A stretch of 47,713 bases of DNA from Promethearchaeota archaeon (GCA_048941015.1 JBHLNZ010000020.1:1-47713); one strand, 5' to 3'. Positions 28,369 through 38,580 are shown, numbered from the stretch's first letter. Made by a program: numbers and translations. The notes: generated by a model not told the origin, from the sequence alone.

Positions 28369-30282
28369 TCATTTTGAAATATTGAAAAAGAATTCAGTTA
28401 CTCCCCCTTCAATTTTTTTAAGTGTTAATTTATAGCCTGAAGTGTCTATTAAATGAAGCATAGGTTTATTTTCCAGTAAAATAGTACCACCAAAGGTTTT
28501 ATAATTCAATTCCCGTCCAATTTGAACCAGATAATTTAATAAAAATCTCGTTATTCCTAATCCACGCCAATCTTTATGGACTACAAAAGCCAATTCCGCA
28601 AGAGATGGTTGTATGGTTTTGAAAAATGCACCTAGAGCAATAATTTTAGTTTCTCCATTTTCGCTATATTCGCCTACCAAAATCATATCAGTTGTATAAT
28701 CAATATTTACCATTGGTTGGATTTTCTTGTGACGAAAGTCATGAACAGGAGTAAAAAATCTAAAATATCTATCTTTTTCATCCAAAGAATAATGGAGTTC
28801 CTGTATCATTCTCTCATCTGTGGGTTTAATAGGCCTAATTTTTATTTTCTTACCATTCTTCAATTCTAAAATTGTTTCATATTTTTCAGGATAGATAGCA
28901 ATTCTTCCATCAATAGAAATGGGGAGCTTTTGATCGGAATAAACATATTTCCATTTTTTAGCATGCTCTAAAAGTACTTCTCGAAAATCAGGGTGGGCAA
29001 TATTTATCATTTCAAGAACTCTTTCCCTTACACTTTTTCCGTATAAATATGCAATACCCCATTCGGATACTATATAATGAACATCTCCACGAGTAATGAC
29101 TACTCCTGAACCTGGCTGGAGATATGGAACAATTCGAGAAACTATTGTTCCATCTTCTAATGTCGCAGTTGATGGAACCACCATTATTGGCTTTCCTTCT
29201 TTGGAGCGCCCGGCACCTCTTATAAAATCTACTTGTCCACCAATACCACTGTAAAATTGATGGCCAAGAGAATCGGCATTAACTTGTCCTGTTAAGTCCA
29301 CAGTTAAAGCTGCATTTATCGCAACTTGCTTTTTGTTCTTGCTAATTACGTAAGGATCGTTACAATAGTCACAGGGATGAAATTCTACCATAGGATTATC
29401 ATTTACAAAATCATATAAACGTTTTGAACCCATTACAAATGAACAGATAATTTTATCTTTATGAATCGATTTCTTTTTACAAGTTACAACACCTTTTTCA
29501 ACTAAATCCACAATTCCATCTGAAAAGACTTCACTATGAATACCTAAATCTTTTTTTTCGATCAATTCAGCAGTTACTGCATTAGGAATAGTGCCAATAC
29601 CCATTTGAATAGTAGATTCATCCTCTACCAATGAGGCAACGAATTTTGCTATTCTTTTTTCTACATCATCAGGTTCTTCATAAACAAATTCAATGATATT
29701 ATGATCAGAAACTACATATGCATCAATATCATCCATGTGGATAAATGAATCACCGAGCGTACGAGGCATATTTGGATTAATTTCAGCAACAACATTTTCA
29801 GCTGATTCTGCTATAGGTTTTACGATATCAACGTTTATACCAAAACTACAAAATCCATATTTGTCTGGTGGACAAACCTGAATTAAAGCAGTATCTAAAT
29901 GCATTTTTCCAAGTTTGAATAACCATGGGATTTCCGACAGAAGCATTGGAGTATAGTCAGCTTGTCCAGATCTGATGTATTTACGGAGAGATTTCCCGAT
30001 AAAAAATGCATTATGTCGGAATAGATCTTCAATACCTCCAGCAGTTTCATAATAATCTAAATCACTTAAACTTAGGAAATGTAAAATCTCAACATCAGGA
30101 AGGTCAGGTCCAAGTTCAATTAATTTTTTTGTTAATTCTATTGGTTCTGAACATCCAGAATCAATAAAGATTCGATCTCCCGGTCTAATAAATTTCTTTA
30201 TAGCATTTGAAAGAGATACTTCTTTTTTATTATATTTTTTTAGTGTAGAAGTTAGGTTATCATATGCCGGTTTTGCCAACAA
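28369..30282 (-). CDS. Acetyl-CoA hydrolase/transferase fused to a GNAT domain
   Basis: MPRTLGD, QMGIG.IP, LGIHSE, SGIGGQVDF.RGA; C-terminal RPIKPTD..RYFRFF..WRGLGI. Confidence 0.9.
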   Translation of the reverse strand: MLAKPAYDNLTSTLKKYNKKEVSLSNAIKKFIRPGDRIFIDSGCSEPIELTKKLIELGPDLPDVEILHFLSLSDLDYYETAGGIEDLFRHNAFFIGKSLRKYIRSGQADYTPMLLSEIPWLFKLGKMHLDTALIQVCPPDKYGFCSFGINVDIVKPIAESAENVVAEINPNMPRTLGDSFIHMDDIDAYVVSDHNIIEFVYEEPDDVEKRIAKFVASLVEDESTIQMGIGTIPNAVTAELIEKKDLGIHSEVFSDGIVDLVEKGVVTCKKKSIHKDKIICSFVMGSKRLYDFVNDNPMVEFHPCDYCNDPYVISKNKKQVAINAALTVDLTGQVNADSLGHQFYSGIGGQVDFIRGAGRSKEGKPIMVVPSTATLEDGTIVSRIVPYLQPGSGVVITRGDVHYIVSEWGIAYLYGKSVRERVLEMINIAHPDFREVLLEHAKKWKYVYSDQKLPISIDGRIAIYPEKYETILELKNGKKIKIRPIKPTDERMIQELHYSLDEKDRYFRFFTPVHDFRHKKIQPMVNIDYTTDMILVGEYSENGETKIIALGAFFKTIQPSLAELAFVVHKDWRGLGITRFLLNYLVQIGRELNYKTFGGTILLENKPMLHLIDTSGYKLTLKKIEGGVTEFFFNISK

Positions 30283-30394
30283 GAATTCACCAAAATAATT
30301 ATAATATTACATTTATCAATAGGATTATAAGGGTTTTAAATGTATTTTAAATTTGAGGAAATGATTATATCTACCCATCCCTTTTTAATAAGAC

Positions 30395-31027
30395 TTAAAT
30401 TACTCCGCTATAAGAAGAGAGAATTAAATCAGCAATTTTATTCATGTATTTCCCTTTTTGAATTTTACAGATACGTGCAACTTTTTTAAAATTAAAAGAT
30501 TCTGCTAAAGAATCTAAATAAACTATATTATACAGAATCGAAACATACTTATTATTTTCCATATAGAGGTTATCTAACACGATCTGCATTTGATTATAAC
30601 TTAATTTATTGGATTTTTTTTTAATTCTTCTACTAATTTCTTCTAAGGCTTCGTTAAATTGAATATCACGTATTCTTGAAATAAGAGAACTTACTACAAC
30701 CGTATAAAGAATGAGAGTATCAATTTTCGTATCATGCATAGCTGTAAGTTTTATTTGGATCTCCTGATATATCTCTTTCAAATAATTTTCATCCATTCCT
30801 TTAATTTGCTCGAACGGGTTAAGAAATTTTAAATAGTTGCCTTGTAAAAACAAGTGAAGATTATTATAAAAAATATTTTTAAATCTTTTAACGATCAATC
30901 CTGAATTTTTAATTTTTATAGAAATTTCGGGTGTTCTTCCAATGATCGTATCTGTGCCACTTTTATAAAATTGTTGTTCAATTAAATTGTCTGTGGCATT
31001 TAGAAGACGCTGTAATTCTGTGTTTAT
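30395..31027 (-). CDS. Hypothetical protein, probable ATA start
   Basis: Frame stays open 43 codons upstream of the TTG at 30898 to ATA at 31027 (INTELQRLLNATDNLIEQQ...), preceded by a GGGGTG SD. Confidence 0.55.
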   Translation of the reverse strand: MNTELQRLLNATDNLIEQQFYKSGTDTIIGRTPEISIKIKNSGLIVKRFKNIFYNNLHLFLQGNYLKFLNPFEQIKGMDENYLKEIYQEIQIKLTAMHDTKIDTLILYTVVVSSLISRIRDIQFNEALEEISRRIKKKSNKLSYNQMQIVLDNLYMENNKYVSILYNIVYLDSLAESFNFKKVARICKIQKGKYMNKIADLILSSYSGVI

Positions 31028-31267
31028 CGCAAAAACACCCCTTATAATTTCTTCTTAAATTTGAAAATATAATAAAAGCTATAGGATTTAATTTTAACGT
31101 TATATAAAACTGATATAATTTGATATTATTAAACATAATAGTTAGATTCAATAAAATTAATTACGGAATGTTACATCTATATGCTTAATTATTCATATTA
31201 AAAATCAAACAAAATTCTTTTTAACAAAATATTCACGTAAAATATTAAAAAAATAAGGTGAAAAAAA

Positions 31268-32983
31268 ATAGGTTTAAAATTAGCATCTACTCTGGCGATA
31301 TTATTTCTATTTGGGTTAATATATGCTGTGGTATTTACAATTGGAATTTGGTTTTTACCTAACACCATTTGGGGATTATTGTTAATGGTTGGTTTTACAA
31401 TCCTAATAGTTCTTTTCCAATATGGTATAAGTCCTTTGATAATTAGATGGATATATAGAATTGATTGGATCCCTTATGAACAATTTTTAGCCCAATATCC
31501 TTATTTAGGTGAAGCATTAGACAAAGTGGTCGCAATTCAAGGAATTAAAACTCCCAGAATGGGGATTATTCATGATTTAAATCCCAATGCATTTACTTTT
31601 GGTTGGACTAAAAATAGTGCCAGAATTGTTATAACTGATGGAATCTTACATTTTTTAGATGAAGATGAGCAAACAGCTGTCCTTGCTCATGAATTAGGAC
31701 ATGTTGTTCATAACGATTTTATATTAATGACTGTGGTTTTTGCTATACCTCTAATACTTTTAACTATTGCAAGATGGTCCTATTACGCAGCTCGATTTTC
31801 TAGTGTTGGAAGGGATCGGGAGAAGGGTAGCTATCTTCCGTTGATATTGTTAGTTGTCGCAATTTTATCTTATATAGCATACTTTATCGGGTATTTAACA
31901 TCATTATTTATTAGCAGAATCAGAGAATATTATGCAGATCAGCATTCTGCAGAACTTACTGAGAATCCAAACTTTTTATCAACTGCACTAGTTAAAATCG
32001 CTTATGGTTTATTAGTAGGTGTTTCCGAAGTAGAAGTTAAAGAAAGAAATAAATCAAAAGTGAGAGCATTACGGGGATTAGGTATTTTTGATCCTAAAAA
32101 AGCAAGTCATTTAGCAGTAGTAAGTACAGGTGGTTCAGGCACGTATTCAAAAAATGCGATCCAAGCAGCAGCAGGATGGGATTTATTTAATCCATGGGCA
32201 AAATATTTTCAGGTTTATAGCACACATCCTCTCCCAGCTAAAAGAATTCAACGATTAAATGAACAATGTGAACAATATGGAAAGTCTGCTGAAATTGATT
32301 TTTCTAATGCAAGAAAGATTAAAGAAGAACAAGCAGGAAAGTCTTTAGTGGGAGAATTTCTTACTGATATATTCGTTAAATATTTACCCACCATCATTTT
32401 CATAATTTTGATTGCCCTTACTATAATTTGGTTCTTTGGATTTATAGGATGGCTATCTTTGGGTATGTCAACAATTTGGAATAATATATTGTTAATATGG
32501 GCAATCGGTTTTTATATTATGGGATTCGGAGTTATTATTAGAACCAAATTCATGTATAGAAGCGGATTTAATCCCAGCAAAGTAGTAGATCTCGTAACAA
32601 ATATAAAAGTGTCTCCTGTTCGCTCCGTCCCTGCTATTATTGAAGGAAGGATCATAGGAAAAGGTATTCCAGGCTATTATTTCAGTGATGATCTGTTTTT
32701 CCAAGATGATACTGGTTTAATGTATATTGACTATAGATTTGGATTAAGTATTGTAGATTTTTTCTGGGCAATCGCAAGAGTTGATAGATTAATTGGTCAA
32801 AGAGTTCGAATTCAAGGTTGGTATAGGAGAGGTCCTAGTCCATATTTACAAATTGATACTTTATGGACTGAAAGTGGAAAACGGTATAGAAATTATTCAA
32901 AGCACATGACTTACATCCTAGCAGTAGTATTTTTCTTAATCGGTGCTTTCATTTTCTATTTATGGATTGCTCCTATTCTATAA
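31268..32983 (+). CDS. htpX: HtpX/M48 membrane zinc protease with C-terminal OB-fold-like extension
   Basis: PNAF, HELGH, SRIREYYAD, STHP...RI. Probable ATA start at 31268 after an AAGGTGA SD (ORF track starts at 31328). Confidence 0.88.
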   Translation: MGLKLASTLAILFLFGLIYAVVFTIGIWFLPNTIWGLLLMVGFTILIVLFQYGISPLIIRWIYRIDWIPYEQFLAQYPYLGEALDKVVAIQGIKTPRMGIIHDLNPNAFTFGWTKNSARIVITDGILHFLDEDEQTAVLAHELGHVVHNDFILMTVVFAIPLILLTIARWSYYAARFSSVGRDREKGSYLPLILLVVAILSYIAYFIGYLTSLFISRIREYYADQHSAELTENPNFLSTALVKIAYGLLVGVSEVEVKERNKSKVRALRGLGIFDPKKASHLAVVSTGGSGTYSKNAIQAAAGWDLFNPWAKYFQVYSTHPLPAKRIQRLNEQCEQYGKSAEIDFSNARKIKEEQAGKSLVGEFLTDIFVKYLPTIIFIILIALTIIWFFGFIGWLSLGMSTIWNNILLIWAIGFYIMGFGVIIRTKFMYRSGFNPSKVVDLVTNIKVSPVRSVPAIIEGRIIGKGIPGYYFSDDLFFQDDTGLMYIDYRFGLSIVDFFWAIARVDRLIGQRVRIQGWYRRGPSPYLQIDTLWTESGKRYRNYSKHMTYILAVVFFLIGAFIFYLWIAPIL

Positions 32984-33125
32984 ATAAAAGTTTTTTTTTC
33001 TATTATTTTTCAAAAAGAATACTGCTAAGAGAGAGAATTCTCCTTTTAGGAAATATTAATTAAAAAGTTTAATAAAAAAAAAATTTTGAAGTTATCCTTA
33101 AATGATTGAATGAAATTAGACTTAT

Positions 33126-33554
33126 CTAATCCATCATATCTTCAAGAGCTTCTAATGCCAATTCAATAATTTCTTGAAAAGCCATAGCATCTTGTAAATT
33201 ACCTTCTACAGTGATATCTCCAGCCATGTATGCTGAAGTAGCATCTACCTCACCGAGAAGTAATCCTGCTCCAACTTCTTTAGTAGCTGAGAACGTGAAA
33301 GATGGATTATCGACATCACCTTCTCCAAATTCTAAAGTACCATCATGAGCTTTTAACCAAAATTTGGCATCAGCGTCAGTTATAATCATTTGGATGGTAA
33401 TATCCATATCTTCTAATTCTTCCTTAAGATCCTCATTTTCATCTGCAACTTGCTTGAATACTTCATATACCTTTAAGGTGTCATTAACATCCGAAGCTGC
33501 AGCGCCAGCATCCATTTTTTCTTTCATCCATTTTAATAATGATTCATCAACCAT
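33126..33554 (-). CDS. SCP2 sterol/lipid-binding domain protein (acidic), copy 1
   Basis: GEVDATSAYMAGDITVEGNLQDAM; start ATG 33554 after an AGGTTG SD. Confidence 0.85.
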   Translation of the reverse strand: MVDESLLKWMKEKMDAGAAASDVNDTLKVYEVFKQVADENEDLKEELEDMDITIQMIITDADAKFWLKAHDGTLEFGEGDVDNPSFTFSATKEVGAGLLLGEVDATSAYMAGDITVEGNLQDAMAFQEIIELALEALEDMMD

Positions 33555-33768
33555 TTTAATTTTCAACCTTCTTTTTGTTATTTGTATTTTATTTAATTTC
33601 GTGTTTAAACAAATACTACTTATTATAAACTTTTAGGATTTAAAAAGGTTTTATTTCGTCGATATTTAGATTTAAAATTCCCAAATAAATATTAAACCAA
33701 GAGAGAAAAAGAAAAAATAAAATTTTTTGAAATTGGTTTTAAGTACTCATTATTAATGAGTATTGAAT

Positions 33769-34197
33769 TTAATCTGTTAAATCTTCAATTGCTTCAATGG
33801 CTAATTCAATAATTTCCTGAAAAGCCATAGCATCTTGAAGATTTCCCTCAACTGTGATATCTCCAGCCATGTATGCGCTGGTAGCATCAACTTCACCGAA
33901 TAACATTCCTATACCAACTTCTTTAGTGGCGGAAAATGTGAAAGATGGGTTATCGACATCTCCTTCCCCATATGTAAGTGAACCTTCTGTTGCTTTCATC
34001 CAATATTTGGCATCAGAGTCCGTAACAATCATTTGGACAGTAATGTCCATATCTTCTAATTCTTCTTTAAGATCTTCATTTTCTTCGCCAATCTGTTTGA
34101 AAAGTTCAAACATCTTTAAAGTGACACCGACATCCGCGCCAGCGGCGCCACCGTCCATCTTTTCTTTACATTCATTTAATAATCCTTCGTCAACCAT
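33769..34197 (-). CDS. SCP2 domain protein (acidic), copy 2; tandem paralog
   Basis: Highly similar to copy 1, including the leader AAGGTTGAAAA.TAAAATGGTTGA. Confidence 0.85.
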   Translation of the reverse strand: MVDEGLLNECKEKMDGGAAGADVGVTLKMFELFKQIGEENEDLKEELEDMDITVQMIVTDSDAKYWMKATEGSLTYGEGDVDNPSFTFSATKEVGIGMLFGEVDATSAYMAGDITVEGNLQDAMAFQEIIELAIEAIEDLTD

Positions 34198-34488
34198 TTT
34201 AGTTTTCAACCTCTTTTATAAACCTTTCTTTAATTATCTTAAAGTTTTTTATAAGTTAATTTTTAAGGAGTTGTGATTAAAGATAATTCGTTTTGATTTA
34301 AAAAGCTTTAATTTTTAACATGAGTTAGCAAAAAGTTTTTATTGATGTAAAATCAAGATCTAAAGGCTAATTACTAACAATTTTGAGAAGAATAGATTTA
34401 ATCTATCATTAAAAATCTTAAGAAGTAGTGTTATTTTATTTATGCTATGATTAAATGCTAAATTATTTGGATTTAATTGAGAAAATAA

Positions 34489-34596
34489 TGGCGCCCACAG
34501 CGGGATTTTCATAGTGCGTGTAATACGCAACATTTTTTGAACCCGCGTCGCAGGAGTGACAGTCCCGAATGCTAGACCGGGCTACACTATGTGGGC
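34489..34596 (-). tRNA. tRNA-Asp(GTC) with 30-nt intron in the T-loop (about 59/60) and encoded CCA
   Basis: Reverse complement GCCCACA..CGGGA CTGTCAC TCCTG..GCGGG TTCAAA[intron 34506-34535]T CCCGC TGTGGGC G CCA. Confidence 0.9.
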
Positions 34597-34852
34597 ATAA
34601 AAGATTAAGAAGAACTCTAAAAATAACAAATTTATAACAATTGAAATAATTAAAAATATAAAAATTTTATCTTATAATTATCTTAAACTTAAATTTACAT
34701 AATATTATCTGAATTCGTATCTCAAAAATCTTTTTTTAATATTCAAGAGAGTATTAATATCGATATAAACAAATTTAAAGGAGAAAAAAGATTGAATAGC
34801 TAGAGGTATAAGAAAATTTTTTATATATCTAATAAGGCGTCAAAACTTTTTT

Positions 34853-35293
34853 ATGATCAATCGTAGAGCTATAAGTAATTTATTAAAGAATTTAGAAGGA
34901 GATAAGGAGGATTTTATAAAAGGTTTAGATATGATCATAAAAGCAGGGGTAAAAATCGTGAATTCAACCGAGGAACTTAAGGAAGAATTGATTGGATTTG
35001 ATGATATTTATCAAACATCCGTAATAGATCTTGGTTTTAATTATTGGCTCCAAGTTTCTGATGGTAAGTTAAGCTATCAAAAAGGATTAAATTCTGATGC
35101 TTCTTTTAAAATGAATTATACTAAAGAATTGATTATTAAGATTTTAAAAGGGGAGATTTCTGGAACAGATGCCTTTATGAAGGGTAAAATTAAGGTTGAA
35201 GGAGAAATCTCTCAAGGATTAAGGTATGTGAAACTTTTTCGAATTTTCACGAAGTATTTAGAAAAAAAGAATGGAAATTCGAATCATAATTGA
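34853..35293 (+). CDS. SCP2 domain protein, copy 3
   Basis: ILKGEISGTDAFMKGKIKVEG motif. Confidence 0.8.
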   Translation: MINRRAISNLLKNLEGDKEDFIKGLDMIIKAGVKIVNSTEELKEELIGFDDIYQTSVIDLGFNYWLQVSDGKLSYQKGLNSDASFKMNYTKELIIKILKGEISGTDAFMKGKIKVEGEISQGLRYVKLFRIFTKYLEKKNGNSNHN

Positions 35294-35413
35294 GTACTTA
35301 TCACCTTAATATTAAAGTCAAATTTATATAAGTATTCCTTATTATAAACAATAAAAATTTGTGAAGAATTTTCCCGTAAATAGATTGATTTTAATATAAG
35401 GTATTGCATAGTT

Positions 35414-35869
35414 ATGATTGACACAAAAGTAATGAATTTGATGTTGATTGAACTTGACTCTAGTGATGAAAAATTCAAGAGTGCATTAGATAAATTCATA
35501 AAGATGGGAATAAAACTTATTCAGAGTTCTGAAGAGTTTCAAGAAGAGTTAAGTATGTATAGCGATCTTCTATTTCATGTATTTATTAGTGACATAGATT
35601 ATAATATCTGGTTAAAGAAAATAGGTACAGAATTATCCTATAACACTAGTTTTTATGAAAAAGCTTCAGAGGAGTTAAGAACAATCCATTTTATATTAAC
35701 AAAAGAAATTATGAAAAGAATTTTCAGGAAAAAATTAGATCCTACAGAAGGATGGTTTAAGGGTATCATCAAAATTGATGGCGAACTTTCAGATGTTATC
35801 CTGGCAAGAAACTTATTAAAATCTTTCACTGAGTTATTTAGCTATCATTTAACAAACAAGTTAGTTTAA
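35414..35869 (+). CDS. SCP2 domain protein, copy 4 (divergent)
   Basis: LDPTEGWFKGIIKIDGEL motif; N-terminal half like copy 3. Confidence 0.7.
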   Translation: MIDTKVMNLMLIELDSSDEKFKSALDKFIKMGIKLIQSSEEFQEELSMYSDLLFHVFISDIDYNIWLKKIGTELSYNTSFYEKASEELRTIHFILTKEIMKRIFRKKLDPTEGWFKGIIKIDGELSDVILARNLLKSFTELFSYHLTNKLV

Positions 35870-35949
35870 TTTTTTTTCAATTGAACTTGAAAAAATTTTT
35901 TATAAATCATAAATAACAATATTATAACTTCAATCTTATTTAAATTAAA

Positions 35950-36024
35950 GGGCCTATAATCTAGTCTGGATAGGGTGCCCGGCTTCGGACTGGGATGTCG
36001 CAGGTTCGAATCCTGCTAGGCCCA
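35950..36024 (+). tRNA. tRNA-Arg(TCG)
   Basis: GGGCCTA/TAGGCCC acceptor stem, CCCGG CTTCGGA CTGGG anticodon arm, GCAGG TTCGAAT CCTGC T-arm, A20 in the D-loop. Confidence 0.9.
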
Positions 36025-36145
36025 CTCTCTAAAATATACTTTTTTATCCCATTTTTCATAGAAAAAAGCAAATAATGTCTTCTTATTCATCTTAATAAAT
36101 TATAAAGACTAGACTTAAATGTTAATTTTAACCAAAAAGGATCTT

Positions 36146-36434
36146 AGAAGATATTGAGAGAATCATACAACTTATGAGAGATTTAAAAATAAGAAAAAAT
36201 TGGTGTTGAAGATGCGAGTGCTTATCGTATATAAATCTTCAAGTTCCTTCTTATGGGTAGTTTTTCGGAAGAACGGAGTTAGAATTCATAATTTTCGATT
36301 TGATACAGGCAAAGAATCCGTTTTCTTATCATATCCCGATTTCGAACCCTATAAGCAAATCTTTCTAAAAAATAAAAAACGAATTAAGTCTTAAGAGATA
36401 CCCTTTAAAAAAAGATTCTATCTCAATATCTTCT
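36146..36434. repeat. 14-bp inverted repeats bracketing about 290 bp (MITE-like?)
   Basis: AGAAGATATTGAGA (36146-36159) and TCTCAATATCTTCT (36421-36434); encloses a 64-aa ORF. Confidence 0.4.
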
Positions 36435-36713
36435 TCAATTTTGAAAAAATAGTTTGTGTACAAAAATTTTACGTACAAAAAATTTGAATTTTATTTTTCT
36501 ATATTTACAGAATGGTGTAAAGAGTCTATTTAACTATTTTATCTTTGTTTTTTATTAAAATTTAATTTTGTGTAAATATATAAATATAATTTTTTGGCTT
36601 TTGTACACGAATGATAGTTTCTTGACACAAAAAGAAAACATTTATATACAAAAATTTCCTAATTTATCTTTAGCTAACAAATCACAAATTTATTTTATAA
36701 CAAAATAAATATT

Positions 36714-37514
36714 ATGATTGTATTAGAAAGCCCCTTTCCTGAATTGGAAGAAAAAGATAATACATTAGAAGTATTAGGAATAGGTTTAGTGTCCATTTCA
36801 GTAAAAACACATAATATCATATTTAGAAAAGGGATTGGTTCTTCGCAATTAAAGATATTAATAAAAATTTATAAAAAGGAAATTCTCAAAAAGAAAAAAG
36901 GAAAATTAGTTGACTTAAGGGGAACTTACACTGTTTATGTACACTTTTACAAGGCTAAAAATGACATAGTTACCCTTTTTTATATTAATGAAAATAATAA
37001 ATTGATTAATTACGATAAGTTATGTTTAATTTCAAATCACCTTTTTAACTTATATAAGGAAAATGCTCCTAATTCAGAAATTAATAGAATTTGTAAGAAC
37101 ATAACTCCAATTTTAAGCGGTATATCTGCATTATTTATAATAAGTACTTGCGGTCATTGCTTCTATAAAAGGATTAATAAAGAAAAGAAATTTTTAGCAA
37201 AAAATTATATCCAAGTAGGGGGATTTATTTCAGCAATTTTAGCGTTTTCAAAGGAAATATTATGCCAAGAATCTGGAGAGACTCTGCAAACAATTAATTT
37301 TGAAAATCAACAATTCGAACTTCAGGTTAAGAATGAAGTTATATTTGCTTATTTATTTAATAACAATAATAATTCGGATAATATTAAACGATATGTTAAT
37401 CTCCTTGTTGAAGAATTTTTCGAGATGTATAGCACCAAAATAGAGAAATTTAACGGTGATCTTACCCCTTTCGATGAATTTGAAAAAGTTATAGATAAAT
37501 ATTTCGTGATATAA
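36714..37514 (+). CDS. Longin-like domain protein
   Basis: C-terminal LFIISTCGHCFY...GGFISAILAFSKE.....LQTINF....F...F.GDL..F..F, typical of Asgard longin folds. Confidence 0.65.
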   Translation: MIVLESPFPELEEKDNTLEVLGIGLVSISVKTHNIIFRKGIGSSQLKILIKIYKKEILKKKKGKLVDLRGTYTVYVHFYKAKNDIVTLFYINENNKLINYDKLCLISNHLFNLYKENAPNSEINRICKNITPILSGISALFIISTCGHCFYKRINKEKKFLAKNYIQVGGFISAILAFSKEILCQESGETLQTINFENQQFELQVKNEVIFAYLFNNNNNSDNIKRYVNLLVEEFFEMYSTKIEKFNGDLTPFDEFEKVIDKYFVI

Positions 37515-37636
37515 TCCATTTTATGTAATGTGTTAAAGTTTTTATAGTAAATTTGAAATTTTTTTTGGCGGGTATCAGTCACGGGGGATATTTGCACGAA
37601 AAAATATTAATAAGTCTAATCTATAATAATATAGTA

Positions 37637-37993
37637 ATGACGGTTTTGTTAGATTTGGATTTAGTTGTAAATAATTTAGTAGAGGAATTTGGCAGCTTAG
37701 TCTATTTTATTTTAGTTTCCTCCGAAAATGGAGCTGTAATCAAATCCTATATTAACGAAGAGGAATTTAACAAGGCCTCAATCTCTTTAAATATTTCTCA
37801 ACTTTACGAGCTTGCGGAAGAAACAGCAGAATCAATAGGACTACATCTCCCAGATTTTAATATAATCCATTCTGATAATTATTATATTTTATCTATTAAA
37901 CTTTTAGAAAAATTGATTATTTTGCTTACTACTGATCAAATTAAAGTAAAGGAAGTATTTCGGATAATCAATAAATCAGTTGCTCCTTCCTAA
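37637..37993 (+). CDS. Roadblock/LC7-like protein
   Basis: Start ATG 37637; helix, ILVSSENGAVIKS, helix, beta-strands; 118 aa. Confidence 0.65.
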   Translation: MTVLLDLDLVVNNLVEEFGSLVYFILVSSENGAVIKSYINEEEFNKASISLNISQLYELAEETAESIGLHLPDFNIIHSDNYYILSIKLLEKLIILLTTDQIKVKEVFRIINKSVAPS

Positions 37994-38079
37994 AAAAAAA
38001 ATCTTAAATCTTAAATATTGGTCTCTCTAAATCATATATATTATTTTAATTTTAATAAATTAAACACTTAAGAAGTGAA

Positions 38080-38580
38080 TTGAGTATGCATTATGAGAGA
38101 AATCAATATTCTGAAGGTTTCAGTATTTGTGGATTAATCATTGCGGGAGCTTTTTTATATTGGGGTTTTCAGACTTTTTGGAGTCCTTGGATTGTAGGTC
38201 ATTGGAATCTCTGGTGGTTAGGTTTCATCTGGATTGCAATTGGTTTAGCAATAATATCAAGTCAAATTTATGCGCTCACCAATAGAGGGAGACTTAGAAC
38301 GATCATTAAAAACGAGATTTTACAAAATCCGAGTGCAAGCGTCGAAGAGTTGGCTCAAAGTACAGGTATTAGCATTAAGGATGTAAGAGCAATTGTTTTG
38401 GATCTAAAAGGAAGAGGCGAATTGAGAGGCAAATTTTCTTCAAAAACAGGTCAAATGAAAAATGTAGAAGTGTCAGAAGAAGTCCCAGAGCCTCCAAAAG
38501 GAAAATTTTGCTCAAATTGTGGAACTCCGATTAAGAAAGAGGACGCAATGTATTGTGAATTTTGTGGTGCCAAAATTTAA
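38080..38580 (+). CDS. 2-TM + winged helix + zinc-ribbon protein, paralog 1
   Basis: Two TMs, SVEELAQSTGIS HTH, CSNCG...CEFCG. Confidence 0.75.
   Translation: MSMHYERNQYSEGFSICGLIIAGAFLYWGFQTFWSPWIVGHWNLWWLGFIWIAIGLAIISSQIYALTNRGRLRTIIKNEILQNPSASVEELAQSTGISIKDVRAIVLDLKGRGELRGKFSSKTGQMKNVEVSEEVPEPPKGKFCSNCGTPIKKEDAMYCEFCGAKI

Noticed and set aside
35950-36024. tRNA-Pro reading (CGG in loop, A73)
   Set aside because: The 7-nt loop CTTCGGA centres on TCG, and A20 is the Arg identity element.
37553-37636. N-terminal extension of the roadblock ORF
   Set aside because: Looks like promoter DNA; the domain begins at ATG 37637.
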